NCBI GenBank assembly: GCA_963827655.1
Contig: CAWHCF010000019.1
Location: forward strand, 23,298-87,297
DNA from: an uncultured Acidobacteriota bacterium
GTDB lineage: Bacteria > Acidobacteriota > UBA6911
Length of the DNA: 64,000 nucleotides
Direction of reading: 5' to 3'
Positions within the stretch are counted from its first letter, which is position 1. Each line of letters starts with the position of its first letter. The translations under genes were made by a program, and so were the position numbers. This document shows, piece by piece, positions 39,069-49,369 of this stretch. The notes beneath the pieces were generated by a model. That model was not told the origin of the DNA and ran no database searches. It was given only the letters and a program-made list of their open reading frames with translations.

Positions 39069-39751
39069 TCACTTGCCCGATACCATACGTGCCAGGCTCC
39101 GGCCGAGTAAGGTAAATCGCAGGATTGTCCTGATTTTAGAGTTCTTGATACCGTTTATCTTCATCAACAGAGACTCTTCGATTATTCCCAGCACAAAACC
39201 TGCGGTCGGTGTCGCGATAAGATCGACCGGCGAGATAGGCACATTGCCGATAGACGCTTCTCCCACAAGGCCGAGCTCGAACTGGGTCGAGTAGAATACA
39301 CCCACCAGAACGCCTGCTCCCGGGAACCGCCATTGATCCGAGCCAGGTGGTACGTAGTGGCTCCCTGAACCGGGTGCCCTGCGAAATTCGTCAAGAAGCT
39401 ATCGCCGTCGAAAAACCCGGCGGGCCTGCTGCGGAACGTTTCCAGATAGCCTCCGACAAATGGCCCCTGGAGACCGTGTCGCGTCTTTGATTGGAACGCG
39501 ACTCTGGCTGCGTTTTGAAGCATGAGGAAGCGGAAGGAATCTGCGGTTGGTCGCAAATACCGCGATCGGAATGATTTTACCCTTAAAGAGATCGTTGGTG
39601 CCATCGGGGGCCGGACGGGCTTGATGGCCCGTCCGCACATGAACCGGGCGAGTTTTGCGACGGTCTCTGATGACCCGCACAAGCCAAAGAGCTTCCGGTC
39701 AACCCCGGGTACGATCGAATTATCCCATTCAGCTCCCGCTCCTATTGACAT
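39069..39751 (-). pseudogene. Membrane hypothetical protein (DUF3943-like), frameshifted near 39300, 5' end unclear
   Basis: 'DGDSFLTNFAGHPVQGA' joins 'YSTQFELG..GEASIGN...DLIATP' across a frame change. Confidence 0.6.
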
Positions 39752-39789
39752 TCTGTATGGGATCCGTTATCTTCCTACAGACTCTCTAT

Positions 39790-40134
39790 ATGAGCACGAA
39801 AAGACCCCCCATCCAGACCAATCTTCTCCAAGGGACGCTCGACCTGCTGGTCATGAAGGCGCTCGCGCTGGGAGAAATGCACGGGCTGGGGATTTCGCGA
39901 CGCATCGAGCAGATGACCAAGGGGACCTTTCAGGTGAAACCCGGCTCTCTTTTCCCCGCCTTGCACCGGATGGAGCAAGCCGGCTGGCTCACTTCCTCGT
40001 GGGGGGAATCCGAGAATAACCGCCGGGCCAAGTACTATCGGTTGACCGGGACGGGCCGCCGCCGATTCGAGGCCCAGGCCGAAAATTGGGGCAGGATCTC
40101 GCTCGCGATCGCGAGCGCTCTCGAGACGACTTAG
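39790..40134 (+). CDS. PadR-family regulator (acidobacterial type)
   Basis: 'LLQGTLDLL', 'GSLFPALHR', 'SENNRRAKYYRLT'. Confidence 0.92.
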   Translation: MSTKRPPIQTNLLQGTLDLLVMKALALGEMHGLGISRRIEQMTKGTFQVKPGSLFPALHRMEQAGWLTSSWGESENNRRAKYYRLTGTGRRRFEAQAENWGRISLAIASALETT

Positions 40135-40140
40135 GCGGAG

Positions 40141-42795
40141 GTGTACGTGTCGGTGGTGAGCTTCTTCTCCAGCCTGGCGCACAATCTCTTTCGCTGGACC
40201 AGGGTCGAACAGGAACTGGATCAGGAAGTCCGGGCCTATGTCGAATTGCTGGCCGATGAGAAAATCCAGGCCGGCGTCAGCCCGGAGGAAGCTCATCGCC
40301 AGGCGCTGGTCGAGTTCGGTGGTGTCGAGCAAGTCAAAGAACGGGTTCGAGACGGACGCATCGGTAACCTGATCGGGAGCTTGTTCAAGGACGCCCGTTA
40401 TGCGCTGCGCAGCCTCGCCGGCAATCCCGCTTTCACGGCAGCCGCACTGCTTTCTCTCGCACTCGGCATAGGCGCCAACGCCGCCCTGTTCAGCTTCGTA
40501 AATGCGATCCTCCTCCGCCCTTTGCCATACCTGGAACCCGAGCGACTGGTCCGAGTGACGGGCTTCTATCCCAAAGGCGCCGTAGTCGAGCTGCAGCAGC
40601 AATGCCAGTTGATGGATGTGGCCGGTTTTACTGCGGATTCGGAGTTTAATCTTTCCTGGCGCGGAGAAACCGTGCACCTCGCGGGAAATTCCGTTTCCGC
40701 GAGTCTGTTCCATCTCCTGGGAGCCACCGCCGCAATCGGACGGACCTTTCATCCCGGAGAAGATCGTGCGGGACACGATCGCGTCGTTATCCTCAGTTAC
40801 CAGCTGTGGCAGGACCGATTCGGTGGTGGCCCGGACGTGATCGGCCGCTACTTGACGCTGGACGGGCTCGAACGCCAGATTGTAGGGGTGATGCCGGCCG
40901 ATTTTCTCCTCCCGATATCCGGCGCACAGCTGTGGATACCCCTGCACCTGGATCCGTCCGATTGGGAGGATCACTGGGGAGCCGGTTTCATGCCTGTGGT
41001 TGGGAGGTTGCGTCCAGGCGTGAAACTGGAGCAGGCTCAGGACGAGATCAGATCTCTGGTTTCACGCATCATCACCGCCTTCCCGTATCCGATGGCCCGC
41101 GCCTGGAACTCCGATGCGACGGTCATCTCTCTCCCGGAGAGCATGGCCGCCGGGGTCCGTGACAGCCTGCTGACCCTGCTGGGAGCTGTTGGAACCATCC
41201 TGTTAATCGCCTGTGCCAATGTCGCCGGCCTGTTGCTTTCTCGCTCAGCGGCCCGCCGAAAGGAGATGGCGCTCCGGGCATCGCTGGGCGCGCCGCGCGG
41301 GCGCATTGTGCGCCAGCTTCTTACCGAGAGCGCCGTTCTTGCGCTCGCAGGCGGAGGGCTCGGCCTCGCCCTGGCATTCGCAGCCCTGTCTGCGGTAAAG
41401 GCCGCCTTGCCGGCGGACACACCGCGGTTGGCCGAAGCAGGTCTCGACCAGGCGGTCATCCTGTTCGTGATGGCTCTCGTCATCCTGACCGCATTTGCCT
41501 TTGGGCTTGCTCCTGCGCTTCGCGCCTCGCGCTCGGATATCGCAGCTCTGGTCAAGGGTGGTGGATGGCGGCCCTCGGCCCGAGCGGGAATGAGGCTGCG
41601 CAACTCGCTGGTTGCGGGTCAGGTCGCACTCGCGTTCACACTGGCCCTTTGCGCGGGACTCCTGATCAAGAGCCTTTGGCTGGTAGCGCAAGTCAACCCC
41701 GGCTTTCACCCCGAGCACATCCTTGCGGCCCGAGTATTCCCCAATCAGTCTTCCTGCCTCAACCGTGCGCAGTGCATCGGCTTTTATGACGAACTGCTCC
41801 GGCAGGTGCGTGGCATCTCGGGAGTTTCCGAGGTTGCGGCCGAAAATGCAGCCCCCTTGACGGGCGACATTTCCGCTGTCCCGGTGGAAGTCGAAAATCT
41901 TCCTTTGAAGCCGGCGGAGCATCTGGCGCCGATGTTCTGGGCGGCGGCGATTACGCCGGAGTACTTCCGCGCCATGCGGATAACGATCCTCGAAGGCAGG
42001 GTCTTCACCGCCGCGGACAAGGCGGATTCTCCCGGTGTCGTCCTGGTCAGCGCCTCAACCGCCCTGCGTTTCTGGCCGGGCGAAAGCGCTGTCGGCAAAC
42101 GCCTCAAGCCGGTCTGGGACCAGGAATGGCGAACGGTTGTGGGAGTCGCTCGAGACGTCCGTCAGTACGCTCTAACCAGCGACTCTGCGGGCGGGACGGA
42201 AGGAGTCATCTACATGCCGTACCCGCAGGCAGTGGGCAACAACCGTCAATTACCCGCCGCCATGACTCTGCTGGTACGAACCACTGCCGATCCCGCGCAG
42301 GTTGTCGACAATATCCGTCGGATCGTGTCGCGTTTGAATCCCGTCGTGCCGGTGGGTGAGGTCCGGACCATGGAATCTGTCGTGGCGGCGTCGACGTCAC
42401 AGCCGCGTTCCATGATGCGGCTCTTCGTAGGCCTGGCCGGTTGCGCTCTCCTGATGGCGGCGATCGGCGTCTATGGAATCGTTTCGTATTCCACGTCTCA
42501 AAGGATCTACGAACTGGGCGTAAGAGCCGCTCTGGGGGCGACGAAGCTGGATTTGTTATCGATGGTAATCCGGCAAAGTCTGCGGCTGGTGGTGACCGGG
42601 CTCGCGCTCGGGGCTATAGCCTCGATTGCTTTGACGCGAACGCTGGCCGGCTTTCTGTTCCGCGTCGGGCGCGCGGATCCGGCGACCTTCCTGGCCGTAG
42701 GCATTCTTGTTCTTTGCGTAGCGCTCCTGGCCAGCTTCGTTCCCGCGCGACGGGCTGCAGGCGTGGATCCCGTGAGGGCGCTAAGAGTCGATTAG
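40141..42795 (+). CDS. ADOP-type duplicated ABC permease (MacB/FtsX)
   Basis: 'EQELDQEVR' prefix, two FtsX halves, C-terminal 'PARRAAGVDPVRALR'. Confidence 0.9.
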   Translation: MYVSVVSFFSSLAHNLFRWTRVEQELDQEVRAYVELLADEKIQAGVSPEEAHRQALVEFGGVEQVKERVRDGRIGNLIGSLFKDARYALRSLAGNPAFTAAALLSLALGIGANAALFSFVNAILLRPLPYLEPERLVRVTGFYPKGAVVELQQQCQLMDVAGFTADSEFNLSWRGETVHLAGNSVSASLFHLLGATAAIGRTFHPGEDRAGHDRVVILSYQLWQDRFGGGPDVIGRYLTLDGLERQIVGVMPADFLLPISGAQLWIPLHLDPSDWEDHWGAGFMPVVGRLRPGVKLEQAQDEIRSLVSRIITAFPYPMARAWNSDATVISLPESMAAGVRDSLLTLLGAVGTILLIACANVAGLLLSRSAARRKEMALRASLGAPRGRIVRQLLTESAVLALAGGGLGLALAFAALSAVKAALPADTPRLAEAGLDQAVILFVMALVILTAFAFGLAPALRASRSDIAALVKGGGWRPSARAGMRLRNSLVAGQVALAFTLALCAGLLIKSLWLVAQVNPGFHPEHILAARVFPNQSSCLNRAQCIGFYDELLRQVRGISGVSEVAAENAAPLTGDISAVPVEVENLPLKPAEHLAPMFWAAAITPEYFRAMRITILEGRVFTAADKADSPGVVLVSASTALRFWPGESAVGKRLKPVWDQEWRTVVGVARDVRQYALTSDSAGGTEGVIYMPYPQAVGNNRQLPAAMTLLVRTTADPAQVVDNIRRIVSRLNPVVPVGEVRTMESVVAASTSQPRSMMRLFVGLAGCALLMAAIGVYGIVSYSTSQRIYELGVRAALGATKLDLLSMVIRQSLRLVVTGLALGAIASIALTRTLAGFLFRVGRADPATFLAVGILVLCVALLASFVPARRAAGVDPVRALRVD

Positions 42796-42818
42796 AAAGC
42801 AGGCGGCAAGGCGGTACG

Positions 42819-43988
42819 ATGTTCCGATACTCAGCGTTGATCGCGAAGAACGGCCTGCGCAACCGCCGCCGAAGCATTCTCACGGCCGGCAGTTTCGCCG
42901 TATCGATGTGCCTGCTCGGCGTCTTGCTGGCGATGTACCGAGCGCTGTTTCTGAATACAGAGGCTCATCCGGCTCAGGCCCTGCGGCTGGTGACGCACCA
43001 CAAGGTCTCGATCACACAGCCCCTGCCCATTTCGTATCTGGCACGAATCAGACAGATTCCGGGGGTGCGCGACGCCATGGTCTGGCAGTGGTTCGGCGGC
43101 ACCTACAAGGACGCCCGCGACCCGCGCAACTCCTTCGCGCGCTTCGCAATCAACCCTGACCGGTTCCTCAGGATCAAGAGCGAAGTGGCATTGCCGCAAG
43201 ACCAGAAACTGGCCTTTCAGCAGTTCCGGACGGCCTGCGTCGTGGGGAAGAAGCTGGCCGAGAAGTTCGGGTGGCAGCCAGGCGATCGAGTCACGCTGGT
43301 CGGTGACATCTTCCCGGTGGATCTCGAGCTGAAGATTGCCGGGATCTACAGCGATCCGGACGATAGCGAAATCCTGTTCTTCAACTACGAGTACCTCCGG
43401 GAGCTTCTCATTGCAGGCGGCCAGAGTGCCCAGGATTCGGTCGGCGTGTTCCTGGTTCAGGCCGACGGCCCGGATGAAGCGCCCGGAGTCGCAGCGGCGA
43501 TCGACAGAGAATTCGAGAACTCACCCGCTCCCACCATGACCGAATCGGAGCTCGCCTGGCAGCTCAGTTTTATCTCGTTTATCGGCAACTTGAAGCTATT
43601 CCTGATCTCGGTCTGCGGCGCGCTCACGTTCACCATGTTGCTTGTCTCGGCGAACACGATTTCCATGTCAGTCCGTGAACGCGCCCGGGAGGTCGGCATC
43701 ATGAAGACCCTTGGCTTTACACCGCGGACCATCCTCTGGATGATATCGGGAGAGTCGGTCTGCCTGGCGTTGCTGGGCGGATTTTCCGGCATGGTGGCCG
43801 CGGAAGCTCTGTGCGCTCTCGTGCGGAATAGCGCGAGCGCGTTCGCCTCGCTGAAAGTGAGCTTGACGCCCGATGTCGCTCTTGCCGTCCTGCTCGTCGC
43901 AGCCGTGGTCGGTTCCGCGGGGTCGATCCTTCCAGCCTGGAGCGCGTCGCGTCGGTCTATCCTCGATTCACTCCGATGCACCGGATAG
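42819..43988 (+). CDS. ABC transporter permease (FtsX/MacB family)
   Basis: 'RNRRRSILT', 'SVRERAREVGIMKTLGF'. Confidence 0.88.
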   Translation: MFRYSALIAKNGLRNRRRSILTAGSFAVSMCLLGVLLAMYRALFLNTEAHPAQALRLVTHHKVSITQPLPISYLARIRQIPGVRDAMVWQWFGGTYKDARDPRNSFARFAINPDRFLRIKSEVALPQDQKLAFQQFRTACVVGKKLAEKFGWQPGDRVTLVGDIFPVDLELKIAGIYSDPDDSEILFFNYEYLRELLIAGGQSAQDSVGVFLVQADGPDEAPGVAAAIDREFENSPAPTMTESELAWQLSFISFIGNLKLFLISVCGALTFTMLLVSANTISMSVRERAREVGIMKTLGFTPRTILWMISGESVCLALLGGFSGMVAAEALCALVRNSASAFASLKVSLTPDVALAVLLVAAVVGSAGSILPAWSASRRSILDSLRCTG

Positions 43989-44000
43989 GAGTCGAGCGCC

Positions 44001-45161
44001 ATGGCAATCCCGATTTCCTACAATATACGCAGCCTGGCCGTCAGGCGAACGACGACCCTGATGACAGCGCTGGGGGTCGCTCTCACCGTGGCCGTGCTGG
44101 CGGCTGCCCTGGCTCTTGCTCATGGTTTGCAGACCGCGTTTGAATCGTCCGGCCATCCTCTAAACCTTCTGGTCCTGCGCAAGGGCGCCACTGCGGAATT
44201 GAGCAGCGCGATGACACGCGAAGTATTTCGCGACCTGTTGTTCAAGCCGGGCATCGCGCGTTCGCCCGGCAACGGTGATCCAATGGCTTCGCTGGAACTC
44301 ATCACGACCATCAATCTGCCGAACAGACAAGGCTCTACCGGCACCGTTGTCCGCGGGCTTCAACCTGTTGGAATTGAGCTGCGCAGGGTCCGGTTGCGGA
44401 ACGGCCGCTGGTTTCAATCCGGTCATCGCGAGGTCGTTGTCGGCAAGTACGTCGCCAGGCGCTGCGCGGAAGCCCATGTCGGCGGCCGGCTTCGTTTCGG
44501 CAAGGGCGAATGGGAGGTGGTTGGCATCATGGACGGCGGAGAGTCCGTGGTCAGCAGCGAGATCTTCGGCGACCTCAACCAGGTCAGCTCTGATTTCAAC
44601 CGCACCGCCGCGCTGAACTCAGTTCTGCTGCGAGCCGCCGCCGCTTCCAGCGTACCCGCTTTGCGGGACTCCTTGAATCATGACCAGCGGCTCAACACGT
44701 TCGCACAAACCGAAAGAGAGTATTACGACCGGCAGACAGCCACAGGCGCTCCCATCCAGCGGCTGGGAATTCTGGTGTCCGTCATCATGGCCGTAGGAAG
44801 CGCATTCACCGCCATGAATACGATGTACGCGGCCGTTGCCCGCCGGGCCGCTGACATCGGCACGCTGCGCGTCCTCGGTTTTTCGCGCGGCAGCATTCTG
44901 CTTAGTTTCATGATCGAGTCCTTGCTGGTGGGCGCGCTAGGCGGGATCATCGGCTGCCTCATCGTTCTGCCCTTGCACAACGTCACCACCGGTATCGGCA
45001 ATTTTGCCACGGTCAGCGAGATCGCAGTGAACTTCCGCGTGGGCCCGGCTGTGATGCTGGCCGGCTTCGCCTTCGGGCTGCTCATGGGCGCGGCGGGCGG
45101 GGCACTGCCTGCGAGAATGGCGGCCAGGCGGGACATTCTGACCGCTCTGCGCGAAGGGTGA
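44001..45161 (+). CDS. ABC transporter permease (FtsX/MacB family)
   Basis: '[22 protein letters not shown]'. Confidence 0.88.
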   Translation: MAIPISYNIRSLAVRRTTTLMTALGVALTVAVLAAALALAHGLQTAFESSGHPLNLLVLRKGATAELSSAMTREVFRDLLFKPGIARSPGNGDPMASLELITTINLPNRQGSTGTVVRGLQPVGIELRRVRLRNGRWFQSGHREVVVGKYVARRCAEAHVGGRLRFGKGEWEVVGIMDGGESVVSSEIFGDLNQVSSDFNRTAALNSVLLRAAAASSVPALRDSLNHDQRLNTFAQTEREYYDRQTATGAPIQRLGILVSVIMAVGSAFTAMNTMYAAVARRAADIGTLRVLGFSRGSILLSFMIESLLVGALGGIIGCLIVLPLHNVTTGIGNFATVSEIAVNFRVGPAVMLAGFAFGLLMGAAGGALPARMAARRDILTALREG

Positions 45162-45167
45162 AAACTC

Positions 45168-46486
45168 ATGCAAGCCGAACTCGAGAGTCTTCGCATCGAT
45201 CGCTCGAAGAAACCGGCTCCACACCGGCGCGGCTGGTGGATCGGTGCCGTCGTTGGCCTCGCTGCGCTCGCGGGAGTGGCTAGTCTAATCTACGCCAGAC
45301 TCCAGGAGGCTATTCCTGTGCAGGCGGTCCGGGTTCGTCCCCCGAGTGGGTGGGGTCCGGCCGCCGAGAACATTATCCTCAATGCGACCGGGTACATCGT
45401 TGCCGCCCATCGGATCGAGGTGGCCTCCAGGATCGTCGGCAGGGTGGCGTGGATCGGCGTCGAAAAAGGCGACAAGGTAAAGGCCGGCCAGGTGCTAGTG
45501 AGACTGGAGGACGACGAATACCGCGCGCAGGCCGAGCAGGCAAGGGGGCAGATGGCAAGCCTGGAAGCGCAGCTCCTGCAGCTCGAACGCGGCTCCCGGC
45601 CCGAGGAGATTGCCGTCGCCCGCGCGAATCTGCGCGAAGCCGAAGCGGCGCTGGGAAACGTCCGCGTGAACCTGGAGCGCGCCGGCAAGCTTGCCGCGGA
45701 GGGCGGTCCTGGAACGGCAGGCGCTCGACGACGCGCAGGCACGGTATGAGGGCCAATCCGCGCGGGTTAACTCGCTCCAGAGGACGGTCGATCTGGCCGT
45801 GCTTGGGCCGCGGCCTGAAGAGATCGCCGCCGCCCGCGGCCGCGTAGCACAGGCCCGCGGCGCGATCGCCTATGCGGAAACCCAGCGCGCCAACGCGGTC
45901 ATTCGCGCGCCGGTGTCCGGGACCGTTCTCGAACGGGCGGTCGAGAAGGGTGAGTTCGTCACCACTATGTTCGTCGGCGACCGCGGCGCCAAGAGCTACG
46001 TGGTCGCGCTGGCTGACTTGAATGATCTCGAGGTGGAGCTGGACATCAGCCAGAACGATTTCGCCCGGTTGAGCGCCGGCCAGAAGAGCGTGATCACGAC
46101 CGAAGCATTTCCTGACCGCAAGTACGATGGACGCATCTCCGAAATCTCGCCCGAAGCCAATCGCCAGAAGGCCACCGTCCAGGTCAAAGTCAAGATTCTG
46201 AACCCGGACGATTATCTGCGGCCGGAGATGAACGCGAGCGTGGCGTTCTATTCGAAGCCTGTGACCGGCGCGCCGCATACGCCGACCGTAGTCATACCGT
46301 CGGCAGCGGTCCGGGATAATTCGGTGTTCCTGGTGGTCGACGGCAGGGCGGTCCGGAGACCGGTCGAGGTGGCCGGGGCCACTGCACACGGAACCTTGAT
46401 CTCGGGCGGGTTGATCGGAGGCGAAGACGTGGTCGTGGATCCGCCCGCGAACGTTGAAAGACGGGCAGAAGGTCCAGCCACGATGA
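45168..46486 (+). CDS. Efflux periplasmic adaptor (MacA/HlyD-like), two +1 frameshifts (~45705, ~46453)
   Basis: Lipoyl motifs 'GDKVKAGQVLVRL', 'IRAPVSG', 'LRPEMNA'; removing single Gs restores one ORF ending 'LKDGQKVQPR*'. Confidence 0.85.
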
Positions 46487-46553
46487 GTCGTGTCTTAGTG
46501 GGCTGCGAAACAAATACCACCAGGACTCAAAGACGAAGAAACACCAAGCACAC

Positions 46554-47123
46554 TCAGCGCTTCTTCAGTTCGTCGATTGCCTTACCAAGGACGTCAGATA
46601 CTTGCGATGGCATCAGCCCGGGGAACCAGACCCCGTTGAGGATCAGCACAGGCAAACTACTAGGTGATTGAAGATATAAATCCGCCGTTAATGGATACTT
46701 GCCCGGAATCCGGCGGTCCTCGCAGGGGCGTATGTGGGTCTCACCGCCCAAATCGCCACGCTCAATGAGGTCAGGAATGCTAGCCAGGAAGACTGCAAGG
46801 TTATCGAAGATTTTATTCAGCGGCTGAAGTAAGCCTTCATCGATGTAGAGACTGGTTTTCCAACGAGGCTGCGAAAGATCAAGCCGAACTCCGCGCACCC
46901 GCCGATATTCGGGCATTGAATCCTCCACAATCAGAGTCGTGAAGATCGCATGAGATTCGCCGCCTGTAAGATGGCCCACTTCCATCGACCAGATAACCTT
47001 GGTTTCGCTTTTGCGGGCGAGCGTTTCGAAGGAAGGGAGCTCTTCCGGAGAAAGTTGATTGACCTGCGCAAAGGCGATGCTCACGAAGAGCCCAAAGAGG
47101 ACGGTAGCTACGCCGGACTTCAT
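46554..47123 (-). CDS. Secreted hypothetical protein
   Basis: 189-aa ORF with signal peptide ending 'AFA-Q'. Confidence 0.6.
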   Translation of the reverse strand: MKSGVATVLFGLFVSIAFAQVNQLSPEELPSFETLARKSETKVIWSMEVGHLTGGESHAIFTTLIVEDSMPEYRRVRGVRLDLSQPRWKTSLYIDEGLLQPLNKIFDNLAVFLASIPDLIERGDLGGETHIRPCEDRRIPGKYPLTADLYLQSPSSLPVLILNGVWFPGLMPSQVSDVLGKAIDELKKR

Positions 47124-47285
47124 GTACCCACCTTAACAGCCAATATACTGCTCAACAGCCGCTGCGGGCAATACGGAAGTCTGGAGAGAAGAATAGCGCG
47201 TAGACATTCTACATAACAATTTGGTAAGAGCGACGTAAAACACCTGTCACTTGCATAAGTGACTATATCTGGGCATATTGAGACT

Positions 47286-47546
47286 ATGAAACAAGTGCGA
47301 ATCGCCGAACTTAAGGCTCGGCTCAGCGAGTACCTTCGTGCCGTCCGGCGGGGTGAGACCATTGCCGTGCTCGACCGGGAAACTCCGGTCGCCGAGATCG
47401 TTCCGATTCGCGACCGAACCACGCTCCGCATCCGAAAGCCTGCGCCCGGTACCCCGCCACCAAATCGTGTGCCGTTGCCCAAGCCGGCGAAACTGGACGT
47501 CGACGTAGTGCAACTGCTTCTCGAAGAGCGCCAGGGGCATCGATGA
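47286..47546 (+). CDS. Phd/YefM-family antitoxin
   Basis: 'VRIAELKARLSEYLRAVRRGE...DRETPVA'. Confidence 0.9.
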   Translation: MKQVRIAELKARLSEYLRAVRRGETIAVLDRETPVAEIVPIRDRTTLRIRKPAPGTPPPNRVPLPKPAKLDVDVVQLLLEERQGHR

Positions 47547-47965
47547 TTGCCTACATCGACGCTTCGGTGCTGTTGCGCCTGGCCCTGCGGCAGCCGGATG
47601 CATTACCCGAGTGGCGACAGGTCCAGCAGGGCGTTTCGAGCGCCCTCGTCATGACGGAAAGCCTGCGAACGTTGGATCGGCTTCGGCTCCGCGCCAACCT
47701 CGCCGACACAGAAGTAGCGAGCCGGCGAGCGACGATTCTCAAGCTGATCGCGTCCCTCGAACTGGTGGAGATCGATGCCAGGGTGCTCGAGCGGGCGGCT
47801 CAACCCATGCCGACGGAACTGGGCACATTGGATGCGATTCACCTGGCGACGGCGCTTCTCTGGAAGGAGATGACGGGTGGGGACCTAGTGATGGCGACTC
47901 ATGATGGTGCGCTCGCGCTCGGCGCTGAGGCCCATGGCTTACCGGTCGTGGGTGTCACCCGCTGA
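47543..47965 (+). CDS. vapC: VapC/PIN-domain toxin
   Basis: 'YIDAS', 'TLDAIHLATA', 'THD'; ATGA overlap with antitoxin. Confidence 0.9.
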   Translation: MIAYIDASVLLRLALRQPDALPEWRQVQQGVSSALVMTESLRTLDRLRLRANLADTEVASRRATILKLIASLELVEIDARVLERAAQPMPTELGTLDAIHLATALLWKEMTGGDLVMATHDGALALGAEAHGLPVVGVTR

Positions 47966-48043
47966 CGCATCTTCGCAAGTCGAGAGCTCAACCTCCCGGT
48001 CTGTTGAGCGTGCGCCGGGGCGCTCCCGGCCCTTCACACGTTG

Positions 48044-49248
48044 ATGACAATCAAACACAAAGAGCGGACCGGGCGCCGTGGTAGCGATCGACGCGGTTCG
48101 CGGAGCTGTCATGATCCTCATGGCTCTGGACCACGTGCGCGACTTCTTTCACCGAGCGGCGATGTCCTCTTCTCCGACCGACCTCGCGACGACCACCCCG
48201 GCGCTTTTCATGACCCGCTGGGTGACACACTTCTGCGCCCCGGTATTCATGTTCACGGCCGGGCTGGGAGCCTTTCTCTGGTGGAAAAACAACCGGACTC
48301 TGAAGCAGCTCTCGAAGTTCCAGTTGACTCGCGGGCTCTGGCTCGTGGGATTGGAACTGACGGTCATGCGCCTGGCTTACAACTTTGACTTCTCCCAGCG
48401 CTACCCGATTTTTCTCCTGGTACTCTGGGTTCTCGGCGCCGGCATGGTCGGTATGGCTGCGCTTGTCTGGCTGCCGGGCCGGTGGCTAGCGGTCTCGAGC
48501 CTGGCCGTGATTGCGCTGCACAACTTGCTGGACGGCGTGACCGCGTCTCAATTTGGCGCTGGCGCCGGCGTGTGGAACCTGCTTCACCAGGCCGGCGCGT
48601 TCCAGGTGGCAGGGCAAGTTGTGATCGTTGGCTATCCTTTGGTGCCGTGGATTGCAGTCATGGCGGCAGGGTTCTGCTTCGGCCGGGTCTTCCTGATGGA
48701 TCCTCCGGTCCGACGGCGCTACCTGCTACGGATTGGAGCCGCGTTGACCCTCGCGTTCGTTGTGATCCGTGTGCTGAACACGTACGGCGACCCGGCGCCG
48801 TGGTCGACCCAGAGCTCGCCGACCTACACTGTGCTCTCTTTCCTGAATACCTCGAAGTACCCGCCGTCTTTGGCATTCCTGCTGATGACACTGGGCCCGG
48901 GCCTGCTCGCTCTAGCCTACTTCGATCAGCGCCCGACCAAATCGTCAAACCCCCTGGTAGTATTCGGACGGGTGCCGCTGTTCTACTTCGTGGTTCACTT
49001 TTACGCGGCGCACGCCGCTGCGGCACTCTTCGCGTGGCTCAGGTACGGCCGTGCTTCGTTTGCGTTTATTTTTCATCCCGTGCCGTCGATGGGCGGGCCA
49101 CGCGGACCTGTTTCCCGCAGGATTCGGGTACGACCTGTGGGTTGTCTACGCCGTGTGGGCGCTGATTGTCGTGGGTCTTTATCCGGCGTGCCGATGGTTC
49201 GCGTCGGTCAAGGAGCGCCGCCGCGAATGGTGGTTGACCTATCTGTAG
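48044..49248 (+). CDS. DUF1624 / heparan-acetyltransferase-like membrane protein, frameshifts near 48076 and 49104
   Basis: '[17 protein letters not shown]', 'KYPPSL', C-terminal 'WWLTYL*'. Confidence 0.82.
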
Positions 49249-49369
49249 TCCGGCCCCCAAGGCGAGTACGGCAAAACCGCCCGCGACAGCCGCCATCGAT
49301 CGTTCCGGCAGCGACGCGGTCCCGAGCAGCGCCGTCAGTGCGCAGCAAACACGACGGGCTGCGCCCAGG

